From an uncultured Ignavibacteria bacterium (GTDB lineage: Bacteria > Bacteroidota > Ignavibacteria > UBA10030 > UBA6906), in assembly GCA_963780165.1 (NCBI GenBank), contig CAWABB010000001.1, forward strand, positions 1,816,556 through 1,880,555: DNA of 64,000 bases, given 5' to 3'. Below, piece after piece: positions 47,856-58,553 of this stretch. Each line of letters begins with the position of its first letter. Position 1 is the first letter of the stretch. The position numbers were made by a program, and so were the translations under genes. The notes beneath the pieces are model-generated. The model saw only the letters and a list, made by a program, of their open reading frames with translations, did not search any database and had not been told where the DNA came from.

Positions 47856-50066
47856 ATGGAGACGCTGAAGAGTATACCCAGTGAGGACCCCGGACTGCGA
47901 CGGCAGGCCCCGATCGTCCTCCTGATCGAGGACGAAGCTATCGTCGCGGCGGATATTCGCGCCCGGCTCACGGCGCTCGGCTATTCCGTCCCGGCCATTG
48001 CCGCCTCGGCAGAAGAGGCCGTTCAGCGCGCTCATGAATTGCGCCCCGACATCATGGTCGCCGATATCGTCCTCGAAGGGACGTACGACGGCATTGATGC
48101 CGTCCAGCAGATCCGCAAGTCCATGGATATCCCCGTCGTCTATCTCACCGCCTATGGGGACGAAAAGACTGTCGAACGTGCGAAGCTGACCGAGCCGGTC
48201 GGCTATGTCCTCAAGCCGTTTGACGAACGTGAGCTCAGGTTCACCATCGAGATCGGCCTGTATAAACACCAGGTCGAGAAGCGTCTGCGCGACCGCGAGG
48301 AGCAGTACCGTCAGCTCGCCGATCATCCCGGTGAAGTCCTCTGGATGATGGATGCAAAATCGGGCGAAACGCTCTACCTCAGCCCGGCGTATGAGCAAAT
48401 CTGGGGCCGACCCTATCGCGACCTCCCGGCTACGCTCGACCACTGGGTGCAACCCGTCCATCCCGACGACCGCCCGAAGGTGCTTGAGGTGTACAACGCC
48501 GCGCTCGCGGGGAAGCAAGAAGACCGCGGCCTGGAATACCGCATCGTCAGGCCGGACGGCAGTACGCGCTGGGTCTGGAGCAGGATCTACCCGGTCCTCA
48601 ATGCCGCCGGAGAGGTGTACCGGATCGCCGGCTCCTCTCATGATATCACAAAGCAGAAGTGGGCGTGGGAAGCGATGCGGGAGAGCGAGGAGCGCTATCG
48701 CCTCATGGCGGACAACGCCACCGACCTGATTTCCCGCCATAGCCCGCAGGGTGTCTTCCTCTATGCGTCTCCCGCATCCCGCACGCTCCTGGGCTACCGC
48801 CCTGAAGAACTGCTCGGCACGTCGGCGTACGGATACCTGCACCCGGACGACACCGATGCCATCAGGCGCGCCGATGCCGACGGCGGGGCGTTTCTGTCGG
48901 CCGGCACCTCGATCTACCGGATCCGCAAGAAGGACGGCGCCTACGTCTGGTTCGAGTCGTCAGCCCACCCCGTGCGCCATCCGCTCACCGGCGAGCTGCA
49001 GGAAGTCATCGTCGTCTCCCGCGACATCACCGGCCGGCGTTCGACGGAGGAGACGCTGCGGCGCTACGAGTTTATCGCAAACTCGTCCAACGAGTTCATG
49101 ACCCTCATCAACCGGCACTATGTCTACGAGGCCGCGAATACCGCGTACTGCAAGGCGCACGGAAAGGAGCGCGATCAGATCGTCGGACGGACTGTCGCCG
49201 ACATCTGGGGCCAGGAGACATTTTCCACGGTCATCAAGGGGTACCTTGATCACTGCTTCGCCGGAAGCGACGTCCATTATGAGCGCTGGTTCGACTTCGG
49301 CGCCAAGGGTCGTCGCTACATCGCCGTGAACTACAATCCGTACCGCGGCGAAAGCGGCGAGGTCACCCACGCAGTCGTCGTGTCGCACGACCTCACCGAG
49401 CGGAAGCAGGACGAAGACGCCATTCACGCATCGCTGAAAGAAAAGGAGATGCTCCTCAAGGAGATCCACCACCGGGTGAAGAACAACCTGCAGGTGATCT
49501 CAAGCCTCCTGAACCTTCAGTCCAACAGCATCGAGAGCAAAGAAACGCGCGAGCTTCTCCGCGAGAGCCAGAACCGCGTCCGGTCGATGGCGCTCATCCA
49601 CGAGAAGCTCTATCAGTCAGAAAGCCTCGCGCAGGTGCAGTTCGCGGAGTATCTCCGCAATCTCACGCGCGATCTATTCCGTTCGTACAGCGCCGGCGGC
49701 GTGGGCCTGAAGCTCCAGGCAGAAGATATCCCGCTCGACGTCGACACCGCGATCCCGTGCGGATTGATCATCAACGAGCTCGTGTCGAACGCGTTGAAGT
49801 ACGCATTCCCTGGCGGGCGCACAGGCGATCTGCACATCAGTTTCCTGAAGATCTCACGCGAGCGCTGCGCTCTCACGGTGACCGACAACGGCGTGGGCCT
49901 CCCTCCGGAGGTCGATGTCAAGAACCCGAAGACGCTCGGGCTCCAGCTCGTGAACATGCTGGTGAACCAGCTCCACGGCACGCTGGACGTCGTCACCGAC
50001 GGCGGCTCAACCTTCATGGTCACATTTGCCTCAGACCGCGACACGCTGAAGTCGCGGCGAACCTGA
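47856..50066 (+). CDS. Response-receiver / triple-PAS / HisKA_2 (HWE-type) sensor histidine kinase.
   Basis: REC (LLIEDEAIVAADI...DIVLEG), three PAS segments and a HisKA_2 core (HHRVKNNLQVISSLLNLQ) with HATPase_c_2. Confidence 0.9.
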   Translation: METLKSIPSEDPGLRRQAPIVLLIEDEAIVAADIRARLTALGYSVPAIAASAEEAVQRAHELRPDIMVADIVLEGTYDGIDAVQQIRKSMDIPVVYLTAYGDEKTVERAKLTEPVGYVLKPFDERELRFTIEIGLYKHQVEKRLRDREEQYRQLADHPGEVLWMMDAKSGETLYLSPAYEQIWGRPYRDLPATLDHWVQPVHPDDRPKVLEVYNAALAGKQEDRGLEYRIVRPDGSTRWVWSRIYPVLNAAGEVYRIAGSSHDITKQKWAWEAMRESEERYRLMADNATDLISRHSPQGVFLYASPASRTLLGYRPEELLGTSAYGYLHPDDTDAIRRADADGGAFLSAGTSIYRIRKKDGAYVWFESSAHPVRHPLTGELQEVIVVSRDITGRRSTEETLRRYEFIANSSNEFMTLINRHYVYEAANTAYCKAHGKERDQIVGRTVADIWGQETFSTVIKGYLDHCFAGSDVHYERWFDFGAKGRRYIAVNYNPYRGESGEVTHAVVVSHDLTERKQDEDAIHASLKEKEMLLKEIHHRVKNNLQVISSLLNLQSNSIESKETRELLRESQNRVRSMALIHEKLYQSESLAQVQFAEYLRNLTRDLFRSYSAGGVGLKLQAEDIPLDVDTAIPCGLIINELVSNALKYAFPGGRTGDLHISFLKISRERCALTVTDNGVGLPPEVDVKNPKTLGLQLVNMLVNQLHGTLDVVTDGGSTFMVTFASDRDTLKSRRT

Positions 50067-50158
50067 ATCGCCTACCCCCTCCTGGTGCAGCCTCTGGCTG
50101 ACGGGCACGACCGCTTCCCGCCGTTGTGCCCGTTCCGTTTTTCCTCTATATTGCCTGC

Positions 50159-51142
50159 ATGTCCCACCAGCCTGTGGAACGACCCCGTCGCCTCTTCGCC
50201 ACGATCAGCGCGGCCGCCGTCCTCGTTCTGTTCTTCGCTTCGCTCTTCCTGATCTTCCTGACAAACAGATTCAGCCCCACCGCCGCGGCCGAACGTCCGC
50301 CATCGAGTCCGGCTTCCGGAGGGTCAATCGCATACCTCGGCGATTTCGCAATCTGCTATCGGGCAACCGGAACCGACCGTGGCAACCCGCCGGCCGTCCT
50401 GCTCCTGGGGGGGGCCGGTGAGTCGGGCATCGGGTATCACGACTGCTTCCGGTTCCTCGACTCGTCCCGGCAGGTCATCTCGTATGACCCCCGCGGGTCC
50501 GGCCTCTCACAGGTGAAGGCAAGTCTTTCGCATTACACGGTGAGCGCTCTGGTGGCCGAGCTTGAGGCGGTGCGCGAGCATGTTGCGAAGGCTGAAAGCG
50601 TCGTGGTCATCGCCCGGGGGTTCGGTGCGGCGGTGGCGGTTCGCTACGCGCGCGAATACCCCGGGCGGGTGGACCGGTTCATCCTCCTATCCCCGATGCC
50701 ACCCGATGGCACCCGCTACGATTCCATCCTCGATCTCCTGGGCGAGACCGGTGGCGCGCTGACTGCTGCCGGCATCCCGCCGGCCGACCCGGTTGCGGCG
50801 GACCAATGGCAGGACCGATACACGCTGGCAACTGATCAGGCGCTGGGCACCGATCAGCCGCTGGCGGCACCCATCGCGTCGCCCCACGCATCGTACGGCG
50901 CGGCGCGTTCGTTGCTCACGTCGCTGGCCTCTTCGCGCCGATGGACTGCCCGGGACATGATGCCGCTCCCGGTTGCCACGCTGGCCCTGCTCGGCCCGGA
51001 CGAGACCCTCCCCGAGATCCTGCCGGTGCTATTGACGCACATGAAAATCGTGCGGATGACTGCCACACCTCAGGCACTCGTGCTCCGTCGCGACCCGGCG
51101 ATGGCGGACACTATTCTCCAATTCCTCAACGAGGGTGTGTGA
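50159..51142 (+). CDS. Membrane-anchored alpha/beta-hydrolase fold protein.
   Basis: N-terminal TM, then an alpha/beta-hydrolase-like core (LLLGGAGES...VVIARGFGAAVAV nucleophile-elbow-like). Confidence 0.6.
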   Translation: MSHQPVERPRRLFATISAAAVLVLFFASLFLIFLTNRFSPTAAAERPPSSPASGGSIAYLGDFAICYRATGTDRGNPPAVLLLGGAGESGIGYHDCFRFLDSSRQVISYDPRGSGLSQVKASLSHYTVSALVAELEAVREHVAKAESVVVIARGFGAAVAVRYAREYPGRVDRFILLSPMPPDGTRYDSILDLLGETGGALTAAGIPPADPVAADQWQDRYTLATDQALGTDQPLAAPIASPHASYGAARSLLTSLASSRRWTARDMMPLPVATLALLGPDETLPEILPVLLTHMKIVRMTATPQALVLRRDPAMADTILQFLNEGV

Positions 51143-51143
51143 C

Positions 51144-52073
51144 ATGAGTACCGTCTCCCTGACGCCAACGCAGCGACAGTCACGCGACCGCAACGCCATT
51201 CGCCTGTCGTTTCTTGCGGGCGTCTGCATGCTTGCTGGAAAATGGATCGCCTACGGACTCACCGGCTCGTCTGCGATCCTCTCGGACGCCGCCGAGTCCG
51301 TCGTCCACATCCTCGGCGTCGGAATGGCGGCCTACAGCGTCTGGCTGAGCCACCGCCCCGCCGACGAGGGCCACCCGTACGGACACGACAAAGTCACGTA
51401 TTTTTCAGCGGGAGCCGAGGGATTCCTGATCCTTGTGGCAGCGGCGTACATCATGTACGAAGCCATCACGATGCTCCTCGGAGAGCCGGCGCTGCGAAAT
51501 CTCGATTCCGGGGTGGGCATCATTGCGCTTGCCTCGGTCGTCAACCTGGTGCTGGGACTGTATCTCGTTCGCACCGGCCGCAAAACAGGATCGCTGATCC
51601 TTGTAGCAAACGGACAGCATGTCCTCACCGATTCCTGGACCAGTTTCGGTGTGGTCGCCGGCCTCCTGCTGGCGCTGCTGACCGGCTGGTACATCCTCGA
51701 CCCGATCATCGCCTTGATCGTGGCGATGAACATCGTCTGGACGGGCTTCAAGCTCGTGCGGCAGTCTGTGGCGGGCCTCATGGATGCAAGCGATCCGGTG
51801 CTGGATGCCGCCGTCCGCAAGGTTCTCGACGCCGAAACCGCAGCACGGTCGCTCCGCTACCACGAAAGGCGCGCACGGAAGAGCGGGAGCACTACATGGG
51901 TGGAATTTCACCTTCTCTTCCCTCCGGCAACCACACTCGAAGCAGCACACCGCCATGCGACCGAGATCGAGCAGGCCCTGAGCAAGGCATTGCCGGCCCC
52001 GGTGAAGGTCCTGAGTCACCTCGAGACGCTCGAGGAGCACGACCTGGCACACGGAGAAGGTCTCAAGCACTAA
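51144..52073 (+). CDS. Cation diffusion facilitator (CDF) family divalent metal efflux transporter.
   Basis: 6 TM with the CDF signature (...SAILSDAAESVVH...HxxxD-like). C-terminal cytoplasmic domain. Confidence 0.85.
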   Translation: MSTVSLTPTQRQSRDRNAIRLSFLAGVCMLAGKWIAYGLTGSSAILSDAAESVVHILGVGMAAYSVWLSHRPADEGHPYGHDKVTYFSAGAEGFLILVAAAYIMYEAITMLLGEPALRNLDSGVGIIALASVVNLVLGLYLVRTGRKTGSLILVANGQHVLTDSWTSFGVVAGLLLALLTGWYILDPIIALIVAMNIVWTGFKLVRQSVAGLMDASDPVLDAAVRKVLDAETAARSLRYHERRARKSGSTTWVEFHLLFPPATTLEAAHRHATEIEQALSKALPAPVKVLSHLETLEEHDLAHGEGLKH

Positions 52074-52164
52074 CCAGCAGAACCGCGAACGAGGCTCCCC
52101 CGGGAGCCCGCATGAACCCCGGGAAAGACCACTCCTCATGCCACCATCTACAAGGGACAGTCAC

Positions 52165-52767
52165 ATGACCGACCAGGCGACAGGGACGGCGGCCCCGGGG
52201 CCGGGCGGACGGGAAGTCGTGATGTCGTTCTCACGGATTAATCTGCTGGCGATCCCCGTCGCAATCGCGGTCATCCTCGTCGCTCTGATCCCGTATGCGC
52301 TCGTGTGGGGACTTGACAGTCTCTGGGAAGGCATTGCCCGGTTCTTCGCGCTCGGCTCGCTCCTCCCCGCCGCTCTCATCGGGATCGTCCTCCATGAGAT
52401 GCTGCACGGCGTGACATGGGCGCTTGCAGGCCGTCGGCCGTTCTCGTCCATCCGCTTCGGTTTTAACGTCGCCACGTTGACGCCGTACGCGCACTTCAAG
52501 GAACCGCTCCCGGCCAACCAGTACCGCCTCGGAGCGGCCATGCCCGGCCTGGCACTTGGCGTGCTCCCGTTGTTGATTGCGCTCGCGACCGGAAACGGAT
52601 GGCTCGCGGGATTCGGAACCCTCTTTCTTGTCGCCGCCGGCGGGGACATTCTCATTCTCTGGATGCTCCGGCATGTGCCCACCTCGAGCAACATTCAGGA
52701 TCACCCCTCACAGCCAGGTTGCATCGTCTATGACACAGACCCATCCGCGGCGGGCATCAGGGACTGA
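52165..52767 (+). CDS. DUF3267-like putative membrane zincin peptidase.
   Basis: HEMLH (HExxH) within a TM-rich protein of about 200 aa. The start is uncertain (52138-52222). Confidence 0.55.
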   Translation: MTDQATGTAAPGPGGREVVMSFSRINLLAIPVAIAVILVALIPYALVWGLDSLWEGIARFFALGSLLPAALIGIVLHEMLHGVTWALAGRRPFSSIRFGFNVATLTPYAHFKEPLPANQYRLGAAMPGLALGVLPLLIALATGNGWLAGFGTLFLVAAGGDILILWMLRHVPTSSNIQDHPSQPGCIVYDTDPSAAGIRD

Positions 52768-52881
52768 CGTTCCCTTGAGTTTGTCCCTGCCCTTTCCGAA
52801 CTTCGTGGAGACACATCCTCGGCTCCTTGCTGCCGCATCCATGAAGACCCGCATGAACTCTCCCAGCCGGCGGTGCGCCGC

Positions 52882-54294
52882 ATGATGCTCCAGTTCCAGG
52901 GTGCGGCCCGCACCGTCACCGGATCGATGCATGTGGTTCGGGTCAAGGACCAGACCCTCCTTCTTGATTGCGGCACCTTCCACGGCCGGAGAGAGGAGGC
53001 CACGAAGCGCAACAGCACCTTCCCCTTCGATGCCGCATCAGTTCATGCTGTCATTCTCTCCCACGCCCACATCGATCACAGCGGGAACCTGCCCACCCTC
53101 GTGCGCCAGGGATTCCGCGGCACCATCTATTGCACACACGCGACGAAGAGCCTGTGCGAGGTGATGCTAAAGGACAGCGCGTACATTCAGGAGAAAGACG
53201 CCGAGTTCATCAACAAGCGGCATCGCAAACGCGGACTCCCGCCCGTGGAACCGCTCTACACGGAAGAGGACGCCAGCGCCACCATCCCTCTCATGCGGTC
53301 AATCGACTACTCGACGGTCGTCGAGGTCGCCGATGGGGTGACATGCCATTTTGAAGATGCCGGACATATTCTCGGTTCGGCGTCGGTTGCGCTCCGCCTG
53401 AGGGACGGATCGCGTGAGGCCGGGCTAGCATTCACGGGCGATCTGGGCCGGACGGGCCTGCCGATTCTCCGTGACCCGGTATTCATCGGTAACGGGCAGA
53501 ACACCGACACGCTCGTCTGCGAGTGCACGTACGGGGGCCGGTTTCACGCGCGCATCGAAGATATGGGGAAGCAACTCCTCGACCCGTTGCGGAGGGCGTT
53601 CGACCGGAAGGCCAAGGTGGTGATTCCCGCCTTCAGTGTGGGGAGGACGCAGGAGCTCGTCTATGTCCTGCACGGCCTTGTCACCAGCGGCCAACTCCCA
53701 TCGGTCCCGGTGTTCGTAGACAGCCCACTGTCCGTCAACGTGACCAGGGTGTTCAGGGAGCACCCCGAATGCTTTGACGCTGAAACGAGGAAGATCCTGC
53801 AGGCTCCCGAGGACAACGATCCGTTCGGGTTTCAGCGGCTGACATACGTCAAGACGCGTCAGGAATCCATGGCCCTCAACGACCGCCCGGGCCCATTTCT
53901 GGTCATCGCCGCCTCGGGCATGTGCGAGGCGGGCCGGGTCGTCCATCACCTCGCGAACAGCGTAACCGACCCGAAGAACATGGTCATCATCGTCGGTTAC
54001 CAGGCCGAGAACACTCTCGGCAAGAAGATCGTGATGAAGGAGTCCGAGGTCAACATCTTCGGCGAACCGCATGCGCTCAGGGCCGAAGTTGTGGTGCTGA
54101 ATTCCTTCAGCAGCCATGCCGATCGGAATGACCTGCTGGCGTACGTGCGCCGGTTCGACACGTCACGCCTGAGGGACATCTATCTCGTCCACGGCGACCT
54201 CGACCAGGCAGAGAAGCTGCAGGCCGGCCTGTCGGAGTCGGGGTTCCGGCGCGTGCACATCCCAGAACGAGGGGACACGGCGCCGCTCATCTAG
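52882..54294 (+). CDS. MBL-fold beta-CASP RNA-metabolising metallo-hydrolase (RNase J/CPSF-like).
   Basis: HAHIDHSG motif, beta-CASP and RMMBL-like C-terminal region (...SFSSHAD...). Confidence 0.85.
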   Translation: MMLQFQGAARTVTGSMHVVRVKDQTLLLDCGTFHGRREEATKRNSTFPFDAASVHAVILSHAHIDHSGNLPTLVRQGFRGTIYCTHATKSLCEVMLKDSAYIQEKDAEFINKRHRKRGLPPVEPLYTEEDASATIPLMRSIDYSTVVEVADGVTCHFEDAGHILGSASVALRLRDGSREAGLAFTGDLGRTGLPILRDPVFIGNGQNTDTLVCECTYGGRFHARIEDMGKQLLDPLRRAFDRKAKVVIPAFSVGRTQELVYVLHGLVTSGQLPSVPVFVDSPLSVNVTRVFREHPECFDAETRKILQAPEDNDPFGFQRLTYVKTRQESMALNDRPGPFLVIAASGMCEAGRVVHHLANSVTDPKNMVIIVGYQAENTLGKKIVMKESEVNIFGEPHALRAEVVVLNSFSSHADRNDLLAYVRRFDTSRLRDIYLVHGDLDQAEKLQAGLSESGFRRVHIPERGDTAPLI

Positions 54295-54318
54295 GCGGTG
54301 CCGCCGGCATTTACCAGC

Positions 54319-56256
54319 ATGCGAATCGCGCGAGCAGGCTGTCCGATCTGGCTCCTTCTCCTCCTATCGGTCTCGACCGTGCGGGGCCAGGAAGGACAGC
54401 GGGTGCCGGAGGGCACACCACTATCGCTCCAGGAGTCGGAAGGCCGGAACGCTGTCTCGGTGCTGTTCGACAGGAACCTCAACACCTACAACTGGCTCGG
54501 ACGTATCGGGCTCGACACCACCGTCCTGGGCACCTCGCTGCTCTACCGACAGCAGTATCTCTCCAATATTATCCTCGTCGACCCGTCCGCCCCAGGTACG
54601 CTTCGGCGCACGCTCGAAAGCAACCAGCACACCATCGGTCTCACGCTCACACGACCGATCCTGGAGGGAGTCGCCGTCCGGACAGAATGGAATACGCTGG
54701 TCTTCTCAGACAACAAGGGTGTCGGGCTGAGCGACGCGAACTTCACCTCACTGCTTGGAGGGTTCGAGTTCGCGCCGGTGTCCTTCTTCAGCATCGCCCC
54801 GCTCGGCGGGTACCGGTGGGACACGCAGGGCGGCGTCGCGGACCGCGGGCCATCCGCGCAGCTGTTCCTCCGGTTTCCGGGAAGCATCCTCAGCGGCTAC
54901 CGGATCGAAGGAATCGGGCAGTACCACACCGACTGGCTCGACCCCAGGCGGCTGGAGAGCCATTTCCTGCGCACCAAGATTTCGAAGTCGTTCACGGACG
55001 AGGCGGACGACAGCCTGGAAGCAGGCGTGTTTCGTACCAGGCGGGAGTACTATACCTCCGGCGATACGGTTCTCGAGAGCCGGCTCGACGATCAGTTCAC
55101 CATCTCGAATGTCATCAGCTACCAGTTCACGCCGCGATTCAACGCCGGCCTGCTGGTGGCGGTAGCCTCTCGCAATCTCGAGAAGTCGCTCCGCACCAGC
55201 TCACCCCTGGGGTTCAGCACGCCGCAGTTCGATACCGAGGTCAACGAGTTTATCCTGCAGGTGCAAGGACAGCTGGGGTATGTCGCGCGTGACGGACGCT
55301 CCTCCGCCCTGCTCCGCTTCTCGCACTTCGAGCGCGACGAAAACCACCGCGCCATTCTCCCCTCCGACGCCACGTCCAACCAGGTTATTCTCTGGAACGA
55401 ACGTAACCGCCATGAGCAGTCGAAGGACAATATTTCAAAGCGTTCCGTCCTGACCGGCTCTATCGGACTTCCACTGTGGTCGGCGGACCGCCTCTCCATC
55501 AGCGGTACGGGGTCGATTCTCCGGTACGACACGCCAAGCCAGCTCAATGTCGAGGACCGCGACGAGCTCCTGGTCGCTCTCTCCGTCCTGACGACGCACC
55601 GGCTGAGCCGGTTCCTGGACCTCGACCTCCTGCTGGACGGAACCTACAGCCATCTGGTCTATTTGCTGGAGGAGCGGAGTGCGAACAACAATGTCAACCG
55701 GGTTTTGCGGCTTGCGCCCCGCGTGACGTATCGCCCGGCCGACGGGATCTCCAGCGCCAACACGTTCGAGGTGCTCGCCAACTACACAGTGTATGATTTC
55801 GAGGAGGAGGCGAGCCTTGCCCGGAGCTTCTCGTATCGGCAGTTTGCCTGGCTGGATTCCACGTCCATCGACCTGACACACCGTGTAGGCCTTGATTTTT
55901 TCGCCTATTTCAAGCTATATGAACGTGGCAGGCTCAACTGGGACGACTTCCAGGAACGGACCGAGAATTCGTTTGTCGACCGAACGCTCGCTGCCCAGCT
56001 CCGATTCAGCCCATCGCCCGGCACCCTGCTCGCGGCCGGTATCCGGTCGTTCAGCCAGTCGCGATACGACTATGTGAACGGCGGGAAGCGCCGCGCAGCA
56101 ACGCTGCACAGCATCGGTCCGACGTGCATCATCCAGTGGGCCATTGGTCCTGCCAGCCGACTCCTCCTCCGCGGCTGGTATGAGCGCCGCGCCCAGCCCG
56201 ACGGTTCCGCCCGATCGTTCCCGACAATTGTCATGAACGTTTCCGTGAATCTCTGA
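54319..56256 (+). CDS. Secreted or outer-membrane hypothetical protein (about 645 aa).
   Basis: Signal peptide (CPIWLLLLLSVSTVRGQ) and beta-rich repetitive strand patterns. No recognizable domain. Confidence 0.5.
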   Translation: MRIARAGCPIWLLLLLSVSTVRGQEGQRVPEGTPLSLQESEGRNAVSVLFDRNLNTYNWLGRIGLDTTVLGTSLLYRQQYLSNIILVDPSAPGTLRRTLESNQHTIGLTLTRPILEGVAVRTEWNTLVFSDNKGVGLSDANFTSLLGGFEFAPVSFFSIAPLGGYRWDTQGGVADRGPSAQLFLRFPGSILSGYRIEGIGQYHTDWLDPRRLESHFLRTKISKSFTDEADDSLEAGVFRTRREYYTSGDTVLESRLDDQFTISNVISYQFTPRFNAGLLVAVASRNLEKSLRTSSPLGFSTPQFDTEVNEFILQVQGQLGYVARDGRSSALLRFSHFERDENHRAILPSDATSNQVILWNERNRHEQSKDNISKRSVLTGSIGLPLWSADRLSISGTGSILRYDTPSQLNVEDRDELLVALSVLTTHRLSRFLDLDLLLDGTYSHLVYLLEERSANNNVNRVLRLAPRVTYRPADGISSANTFEVLANYTVYDFEEEASLARSFSYRQFAWLDSTSIDLTHRVGLDFFAYFKLYERGRLNWDDFQERTENSFVDRTLAAQLRFSPSPGTLLAAGIRSFSQSRYDYVNGGKRRAATLHSIGPTCIIQWAIGPASRLLLRGWYERRAQPDGSARSFPTIVMNVSVNL

Positions 56257-56267
56257 GGGAGTTCCTC

Positions 56268-56690
56268 GTGGCCTCACAACAGAAGGCGTTCCGTCTCACC
56301 CTCAGCAGCAAGCCCAAAAACATCGTCAAGGTCGAAGGGTTTCTGAAGAAGATCGACCGCGTTGTGCACCTCGACGAGATCCAGGAACACAAGCTCATGA
56401 TCGCGCTCACGGAGGCCGTGAACAACGCGATCCTGCATGGCAACAGGTCGAACGAAGAGAAGTTGGTCCACGTGGTGTGCGAGGCGCAGGAAGACGGCTT
56501 GCTGTTCACGGTGACCGATCAGGGGAGGGGATTCAAGCCGGACAAGGTGGCCAACCCGCTGAAGGAGGAGAATCTCCTGAAGGAGACAGGGCGCGGAATC
56601 TTCCTGATGCGGACCCTGCTGGACCGGGTAGAGTTCCGCCGTACGCGCGGTGGGATGGAAGTGAAGCTCTGGCTCGTGCTCAACCGCTGA
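56268..56690 (+). CDS. Anti-sigma regulatory factor / Ser-protein kinase (RsbW-like, HATPase_c_2).
   Basis: 140 aa with the GHKL pattern (EAVNNAILHGN...DQGRGF). Confidence 0.7.
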   Translation: MASQQKAFRLTLSSKPKNIVKVEGFLKKIDRVVHLDEIQEHKLMIALTEAVNNAILHGNRSNEEKLVHVVCEAQEDGLLFTVTDQGRGFKPDKVANPLKEENLLKETGRGIFLMRTLLDRVEFRRTRGGMEVKLWLVLNR

Positions 56691-56838
56691 CTCGGGGATC
56701 GATCGTCGCCCGGCGGGCAGGAAGGCCAGGAGGCCGCTCAGCACGGCGAGCGCACCCCGGAAAACAGCGAGAGCAGCGCGCCACACGCCCCCGGTGGGGG
56801 CGGCGACGGCTGCTCTCGTCAGATTGCAGAGAACGCGG

Positions 56839-57897
<1,059 letters not shown>

Positions 57898-58155
57898 CTA
57901 CGCTTTCGGAAGGATGCTGACGACCTTCCGGGCTTTCGCGTACTTCTTGAACTGGACGACGCCGGCGGTCTTGGCGAAGAGTGTATCATCGCCGCCGATG
58001 CCCACGTTCACACCCGGCTGAAACCGCGTGCCGCGCTGGCGAACAAGAATGCTGCCGGCGGAAACCAACTCGCCGCCGAACCGCTTCACGCCGAGCCGCT
58101 GGGCATTGCTATCGCGACCGTTGCGGGAACTTCCGACACCTTTCTTATGCGCCAT
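57898..58155 (-). CDS. rpmA: 50S ribosomal protein L27.
   Basis: [28 protein letters not shown]... Confidence 0.95.
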   Translation of the reverse strand: MAHKKGVGSSRNGRDSNAQRLGVKRFGGELVSAGSILVRQRGTRFQPGVNVGIGGDDTLFAKTAGVVQFKKYAKARKVVSILPKA

Positions 58156-58166
58156 GGCTCAACTCC

Positions 58167-58478
58167 TCAGACTGCGATACCGTTGATCTCAACCCGTGTG
58201 TATCCCTGGCGGTGGCCTCGCGTGACGCGATAGCCCTTCCGCTTCTTCTTCTTGAAAACGATGATCTTGTCTTCACGCCCGTGCTCGAGAATCGTCGCCT
58301 GCACGCGCGCGCCTTTCACGGTGGGGCTGCCGACCGTGACCTTCTTGTCGTCGCCGACAAGCAGAACGCGTTCGAACGTGAGCTTCGTTCCGGGCTGCTC
58401 CCCGTTCAGGGGGATGTTTACCCGGTCATTGGCGGCGACCTTATACTGGCGCCCGGCGATCTCGACTACAGCGTACAT
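58167..58478 (-). CDS. rplU: 50S ribosomal protein L21.
   Basis: [14 protein letters not shown]...GDKKVTVG...[20 protein letters not shown]. Confidence 0.95.
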   Translation of the reverse strand: MYAVVEIAGRQYKVAANDRVNIPLNGEQPGTKLTFERVLLVGDDKKVTVGSPTVKGARVQATILEHGREDKIIVFKKKKRKGYRVTRGHRQGYTRVEINGIAV

Positions 58479-58553
58479 CGTCACGGTCCTTCAGGGGGGT
58501 GTAACTCAATGCAAAGCAATAGGTTATTAATATAATCAATCCAGAGCCGAATG

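Noticed and set aside
47598-48842. 414-aa minus-strand ORF.
   Set aside because: It is antisense to the REC-PAS-HisKA_2 kinase (47856..50066), which has unambiguous domain motifs.
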